Source: an uncultured virus (IMG/VR IMGVR_UViG_3300036800_000502)
Taxonomy: Duplodnaviria > Heunggongvirae > Uroviricota > Caudoviricetes
Length of the DNA stretch: 20,561 nucleotides
Direction: 5' to 3' (one strand)
IMG/VR virus record: IMGVR_UViG_3300036800_000502
Made by a program: the position numbers and the translations under genes
Notes under the pieces: generated by a model
Told to the model about the DNA's origin: nothing
The model's database searches: none
Seen by the model: only the letters and a program-made list of their open reading frames with translations
Shown: one piece after another, positions 16,300-20,561 of the stretch
Numbering within the stretch: the first letter of the stretch is position 1
Layout of the letters: each line of letters starts with the position of its first letter

Positions 16300-16985
16300 T
16301 GCCTGCCCCACCGGTACTCGCTCCACCGGCCCACCCGGCCAAGTTCTCCCCGACGATCCTGGTCGTGCTGGGCAAGGTGCTGACCGCCGAGGCGCGCCGA
16401 GCTGGCCACCCCCTCACCGTGCTGGACCCCATGGCCGGGGTCGGGCGCATCCACAGCCTGGAGGGGGACTGGGCCACCACCGGGGTAGAGCTCGAGCCTG
16501 AGTGGGCCGACCAGCACCCTCGGACCCAACAGGGGGACGCCACCGCTCTTGCCTTCCCGGATGGGAGCTTCGATGTCGTCTGCACCTCGCCGGCCTACGG
16601 GTCACGGATGGCCGATGGCCATGAGGCCAAGGACAGCTCGCACCGGATCACCTACAAGCACATGCTGGGCCGACCGCTCTCGCCCAACAGCGGCGCCGCC
16701 CTCCAGTGGGGCCAGAAGTACCGGGACCTGCACCAGGCTGTTCTGGCCGAGATGGTGCGGGTCGTCGCCCCCGGGGGGCTGGTGGTCGTCAACATCTCGG
16801 ACCATATCCGGGCTGGGGTCACCCAACCGGTGAGCCGCTGGTGGGCGGGGGAGATGCGCTCAGCAGGCCTCAAGATCGACCGCCGGATCAAAGTGCCGAC
16901 GCCGAGAATGCGATTTGGGCAGAACCACCAGCTCCGGGTGGCCCACGAGTGGGTCTTCGTCGGGCGAAATCGGGCCATTCGATGA
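16299..16985 (+). CDS. Orphan SAM-dependent amino-methyltransferase (probable N4-C/N6-A DNA MTase), 228 aa
   Basis: HPAKF, VLDPMAGVG (motif I), GVELE, GDA, DVVCTSPAY (motif IV, SPPY-like), RVVAPGG. TGATG overlap with the previous stop. Confidence 0.8.
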   Translation: MPAPPVLAPPAHPAKFSPTILVVLGKVLTAEARRAGHPLTVLDPMAGVGRIHSLEGDWATTGVELEPEWADQHPRTQQGDATALAFPDGSFDVVCTSPAYGSRMADGHEAKDSSHRITYKHMLGRPLSPNSGAALQWGQKYRDLHQAVLAEMVRVVAPGGLVVVNISDHIRAGVTQPVSRWWAGEMRSAGLKIDRRIKVPTPRMRFGQNHQLRVAHEWVFVGRNRAIR

Positions 16986-16988
16986 AAA

Positions 16989-16997
16989 GCCGCCCTC
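16989..16997 (+). promoter_or_regulatory. Upstream motif A, copy 9
   Basis: 9 nt before ATG 17007. Confidence 0.75.
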
Positions 16998-17006
16998 TTA
17001 GGAGAT

Positions 17007-17489
17007 ATGGAGACTCAATCAAGAATCCGCCCGGGAACCCCGGCCGGCGGTCAGTTCGCCGCAAATGCCCACCCCGACGCTGGCGCCGAGCTGTTGTCGG
17101 CCGCCGCACCGAAGCTGCCGCCCTGGGGGCAGGAGCTCGATAAACGGATCAACCTCGAGGTCCGGAAGCACACCTCCGACAAGTACGAAAGTTTCGACAT
17201 GGGCACCATCCTCGACGCCGACGAGGATGCGTTGACCGAGGTCTACGGCGAGCAACGGGCCGACTGGCTGAGCGGGTTGACGGTCGAGATCGAGTCCGAC
17301 ACCTACCTCGCCTTCGGGGCGTCCGACGACGGCCCCGCCGAATACGAGACCGTCGGCAAAGTTTCCGTCTTCGAGGCCGGAGGACGACTGGTCACCAGCG
17401 CCGCCTTCACCGACCAGGACGACCCCGAACTCGGGCCCGTCTCCGTCTGGGCTGCTCAACACCAATCAGATTTGAGGGAGGTCGCATAG
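17007..17489 (+). CDS. GGQFA-tagged acidic hypothetical protein
   Basis: METQSRIRPGTPAGGQFAANAHPD; body rich in Asp/Glu. Confidence 0.78.
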   Translation: METQSRIRPGTPAGGQFAANAHPDAGAELLSAAAPKLPPWGQELDKRINLEVRKHTSDKYESFDMGTILDADEDALTEVYGEQRADWLSGLTVEIESDTYLAFGASDDGPAEYETVGKVSVFEAGGRLVTSAAFTDQDDPELGPVSVWAAQHQSDLREVA

Positions 17490-17491
17490 TC

Positions 17492-17668
17492 ATGTTCGTC
17501 GTGTACCCAACCGGGAACCACACCGAAGTGGGTGGCCCCGAGAAGAACGCCAAGCCAACGTCCCGTTACGCCGACCGCATCCAGGCCCCTCTGGCCAAGG
17601 TCATCGGCATCCGCTCCCAGCGGGCAACTCCGGCGACCGACGACGGTCGCTTCGACGATGCTGCCTGA
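17492..17668 (+). CDS. Small hypothetical protein, 58 aa (not in ORF track)
   Basis: ATG 2 nt after the previous stop with GGGAGG upstream; MFVVYPTGNH...RFDDAA; fills the gap. Confidence 0.45.
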   Translation: MFVVYPTGNHTEVGGPEKNAKPTSRYADRIQAPLAKVIGIRSQRATPATDDGRFDDAA

Positions 17669-17690
17669 TTTTCGCCGCATGGTTCTAGGC

Positions 17691-20561
17691 ATGGACGCCG
17701 CTGGCTGGACCAGGCACAAAATCACCTCCGTAACCCGACCCAGTGTCCTCCGTCGCTCCCTCACGGCCTTCGCGGCGCTGGTGGTGCTGGTCTCCACCCT
17801 CGCCGTCGGCCTGGTGGTGCTGACTCCGGCCACCAAGGCCGCCGCCACCAGCCCGACCCCGTGGGCGGCCACCATCCTCCCGAAGGTGCCGAACCCCACC
17901 GGGGTTGAGGCGGTGTCGTGCCTGTCGTCGACCTCGTGTGTGGCCGTCGGCGTCATGGGGGACAGCGAGCTCTCCTACGCCGGCGACTACACCATTCCCA
18001 CCGCCGAGCATTCGGTCGCCTGGGTCCTCTCGGGCACCACCTGGACCCCGACCGTGATGCCCGACACCGCCCAGACGAAGGGCTACCAGGTCGGCTTCGG
18101 CGGGATCTCCTGCACCTCGGTCACCTCCTGTGTGGCGGTCGGGGGGACAACCGCCAGCTTCGGAGTCGGCCAAGGAGCCGGATACCCGCAGCCGTTCGTC
18201 GCCAATCTTTCCGGCACCACCTGGACCTCGGCCTGGCTGCCGCCGGACGGCTCGCTCGGGGCATCCCCGACTTCCATCTCCTGCCCGGCGGCCGGTTCCT
18301 GTGTGGCGGTCGCAGATGCCACGACCACCTACGGCAACGGGGCCCTAAATGCGAACAGCGCCATCGCCTGGACCCTCTCCGCGGGAACCTGGACGCCGGC
18401 TTACCTTGCCGCCGGGGGCGTCTATGAGTCCTCCGCCTTCAGTGCCAACTCGGTCTCCTGCCTTTCGACCACCTCCTGTTATGCGGTCGGGAGCTCCAGC
18501 GCCGTCGGCACCACCGCTCCCCCTGCCGGGTTGGTGTGGGAGCTCGCGGGTACCGCCTGGTCCACCACGGCGGACACCTCGGTCAGTTCCCTCTCCGGGG
18601 TGTCGTGTGGGTCGTCCGTCTGCATGGCCGTCGGCACCAACGCCGCCGGCACCGGCTCGGTTGCCGGCAACGTCGTCGGGGTGACGACGACCTCCGCGTT
18701 CACCGCCATCTCCGGGTCGCCCTCGAGTATCTCGTGCTACTCCGACACCAACTGCGTCGCCGTCGGGGTGGCCTATGTCCCCGGACAACCCCTGGGCTAC
18801 ACGACCTCTTCCGACATTTTCTCAGGAGGTGCCTGGTCTTCGGTGGCGATGAGGGGGCCATCGAGTCAGATAGGGGTGGCCGACATCTCCTGTACGACCG
18901 CCACCGACTGCATCGCGGTCGGGAGCGGGGCCAACACTCCCGCCGGGGGCCCGCTGGCCTGGACCCTGGCCGGCGGCACCTGGACCAGTGCCAACATGCC
19001 CACGCCCACCACCCTGCCGTTCACCCCCAGTTCGATTTCCTGCCCGACGACCGACTTCTGTGGGGCGGTCGGGTCAGCCACCGAGTCTCCCGGCCCCGAC
19101 GGCGGCAACCTCGGAGACAGCGCCGTCGCCACTCTCACCAACGGCACCTGGACCGTCCTCCCGCTGGTGTCCTACGAGCCACTCACCGGAATCTCCTGCC
19201 CGTCGGCCGGCTTCTGTGTGGCCGTCGGCTACAACAACAACAGCAGCTCCGGTGGCGGGGGAGCGATCGCCTGGACTCTTTCCGGGGGCACCTGGACCAG
19301 TGCCACCATCACCGGCTCGGGATCGGCGTATGTCTCGCCAAGAGCGCCGGTCTCGATCTCGTGTACCTCGACCACTTCCTGCGTGGCCGTCTGGGGGCAG
19401 TACAACACCGCCCAGGGGGAGTATTCGCCGACGGCGTTCACCCTGTCGGGCACCACCTGGACCGCCGCCACTCTCCCCAACAATGCCGGCGGCAATCCGG
19501 CGAGCATCTCGTGTGTCTCGTCCACCTTCTGTGTCGTCATCGACGGGACGAATTACTGGACCCTTTCGGGCACCACCTGGACCCAGGGCTACATGGGGGC
19601 CGGCAACGGCTATCCCGGCGGAGCGGTCTCGTGTGTGGCCGTCGGGTCGTGCGTGGCCGTGACGCTGGTGGCCGGGGGTTCCCAGCTCATCGGCGATGAG
19701 TTCGTGCTGTCGGGTGCCACCTGGGCCGAGAACGGCGAGGTGTTCACCAACGGGTTCTCGCCCACCTCGATCTCGTGTACCTCGATCACGTCCTGTGGGG
19801 TGGGCGGATCCGCCGTCAACTACTCCAACGGGGTGACCAGTGCCGCCGTAGAAGATGAGTGGGGCAACCCGATCCCGTTGGCGGCCCTGGGCACCGGCGA
19901 CGCCTCCACCCAGATCACCGGAGTCTCGTGCCCGACCTCCGCTTCCTGCTTCGCCGCCGGCTACGGGCAGAACTCCTCCTACCTGGACACCGACGCCTTC
20001 GTCTACACCGGCTCGATCCCACCCCCGGTGGTGTGCTCGGCGACCTACGGGAACGACTGCAAAATCTCCCAGGCCATGCCGTTTGCCATGTTCGCGGCCC
20101 CGGTCGGCCAGATCACCCAGACCATCAACGACATCGTGACCAATACCTCGAACAGCATCGAGCAGCTCGGGGCCAATGGGATCTTCAACGCCGGGGACAT
20201 GGCCAACAACGACAGCTCCGATTCCATGTCGGTCGGCATCCCCGGCACCGCCTGGCCGCTGTCGCCCACCACCGAGTTCGTCAAACAACCCGATTCGGAG
20301 ACCGGCGGCCCGGTGGACACCTGCTGGGCGGCGTCGCTCAAGCCCGGCCAGAGCTGTGTCATCCCGGTGGCTTTCCAGCCGACTCAGGAGGGCTCCAACA
20401 CCAACTTCTTGTGCATCAGCTTCGCCGGGCAAGTTGCGGCGTCCATCGGGAACTGCATCTACCTCCAGGGGACGACCGTCCAAGCCAACGGCCCGACCCT
20501 GCCGCCGGGGTGCGCGGAGCCGGCCTGCCCGTCCCTCGGCTCCGGGGTCCAGGTGATCCCC
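17691..20561 (+). CDS. Large secreted Cys-repeat (beta-propeller-like) surface protein, truncated by the window end
   Basis: Frame checked at several points from ATG 17691 (alternatives 17658, 17679) to the window end with no stop seen. Signal peptide RRSLTAFAALVVLVSTLAVGLVVLTPATKA; 14 SCx4-5CxAVG-like repeats with W/FxLSGxTW; Ig-like SLKPGQSCVIPVAFQPT motif. Confidence 0.85.
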   Translation, partial: MDAAGWTRHKITSVTRPSVLRRSLTAFAALVVLVSTLAVGLVVLTPATKAAATSPTPWAATILPKVPNPTGVEAVSCLSSTSCVAVGVMGDSELSYAGDYTIPTAEHSVAWVLSGTTWTPTVMPDTAQTKGYQVGFGGISCTSVTSCVAVGGTTASFGVGQGAGYPQPFVANLSGTTWTSAWLPPDGSLGASPTSISCPAAGSCVAVADATTTYGNGALNANSAIAWTLSAGTWTPAYLAAGGVYESSAFSANSVSCLSTTSCYAVGSSSAVGTTAPPAGLVWELAGTAWSTTADTSVSSLSGVSCGSSVCMAVGTNAAGTGSVAGNVVGVTTTSAFTAISGSPSSISCYSDTNCVAVGVAYVPGQPLGYTTSSDIFSGGAWSSVAMRGPSSQIGVADISCTTATDCIAVGSGANTPAGGPLAWTLAGGTWTSANMPTPTTLPFTPSSISCPTTDFCGAVGSATESPGPDGGNLGDSAVATLTNGTWTVLPLVSYEPLTGISCPSAGFCVAVGYNNNSSSGGGGAIAWTLSGGTWTSATITGSGSAYVSPRAPVSISCTSTTSCVAVWGQYNTAQGEYSPTAFTLSGTTWTAATLPNNAGGNPASISCVSSTFCVVIDGTNYWTLSGTTWTQGYMGAGNGYPGGAVSCVAVGSCVAVTLVAGGSQLIGDEFVLSGATWAENGEVFTNGFSPTSISCTSITSCGVGGSAVNYSNGVTSAAVEDEWGNPIPLAALGTGDASTQITGVSCPTSASCFAAGYGQNSSYLDTDAFVYTGSIPPPVVCSATYGNDCKISQAMPFAMFAAPVGQITQTINDIVTNTSNSIEQLGANGIFNAGDMANNDSSDSMSVGIPGTAWPLSPTTEFVKQPDSETGGPVDTCWAASLKPGQSCVIPVAFQPTQEGSNTNFLCISFAGQVAASIGNCIYLQGTTVQANGPTLPPGCAEPACPSLGSGVQVIP

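Larger units (their letters stand above)
1..20561 (+). mobile_element. Segment of a probable large mobile element (megaplasmid/ICE or large phage); boundaries not in window
   Basis: All credible genes are co-oriented with no housekeeping genes. Content is typical of mobile elements: ArdC-like, DUF2958-like, orphan DNA methyltransferase, SNF2 helicase, HerA-like ATPase, KTSC. No integrase, capsid, relaxase or att site is seen, so the element type is unresolved. Confidence 0.55.

Noticed and set aside
16695..16703. Extra GCCGCCCTC inside the methyltransferase gene
   Set aside because: Followed by CA and no start codon at +9; it encodes Ala-Ala-Leu and is probably chance.
8181..17065. CRISPR array, integron attC sites or shufflon sites as the explanation for the dispersed repeats
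   Set aside because: The repeats are short, irregularly spaced and non-palindromic. They are tied to start codons or vary synonymously, and no cas gene or recombinase is present.
104..20483. Numerous minus-strand and alternative-frame ORFs in the track (e.g. 19074-20483, 11380-12486, 18536-19699, 14689-15558)
   Set aside because: Shadow ORFs of high-GC coding DNA. They overlap better-supported + strand genes and have no recognisable motifs.

Overview
High-GC, actinobacterial-looking DNA (Acidimicrobiia-like by the style of its surface proteins; inference). About 22 genes lie on the + strand and none is a housekeeping gene, so this reads as part of a large mobile element (megaplasmid, ICE or large phage/prophage). 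Left part: a SNF2/SMARCAL1-like helicase coupled to three type IV minor-pilin-like genes, then a HerA/DUF87-like ATPase with tandem winged helices and a DUF6884-like gene. The most notable part is 8.2-17.5 kb. Seven unrelated proteins there share an N-terminal peptide tag R-x-x-x-G-x-P-x-G-G-Q-F-A-x4-[PA]-[ED]: a hexapeptide-repeat protein, an HExxH zincin, a KTSC protein, a DUF2958 protein, an ArdC-like protein and two unknowns. Nine start codons are preceded by the identical DNA motif GCCGCCCTC exactly 9 nt upstream. A second 21-bp motif precedes two untagged genes. Together these suggest a co-regulated, probably leaderless regulon of tagged cargo proteins for delivery by virion packaging or conjugative transfer (hypothesis). 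The window ends inside a large secreted protein with 14 Cys-paired repeats that the ORF track missed.
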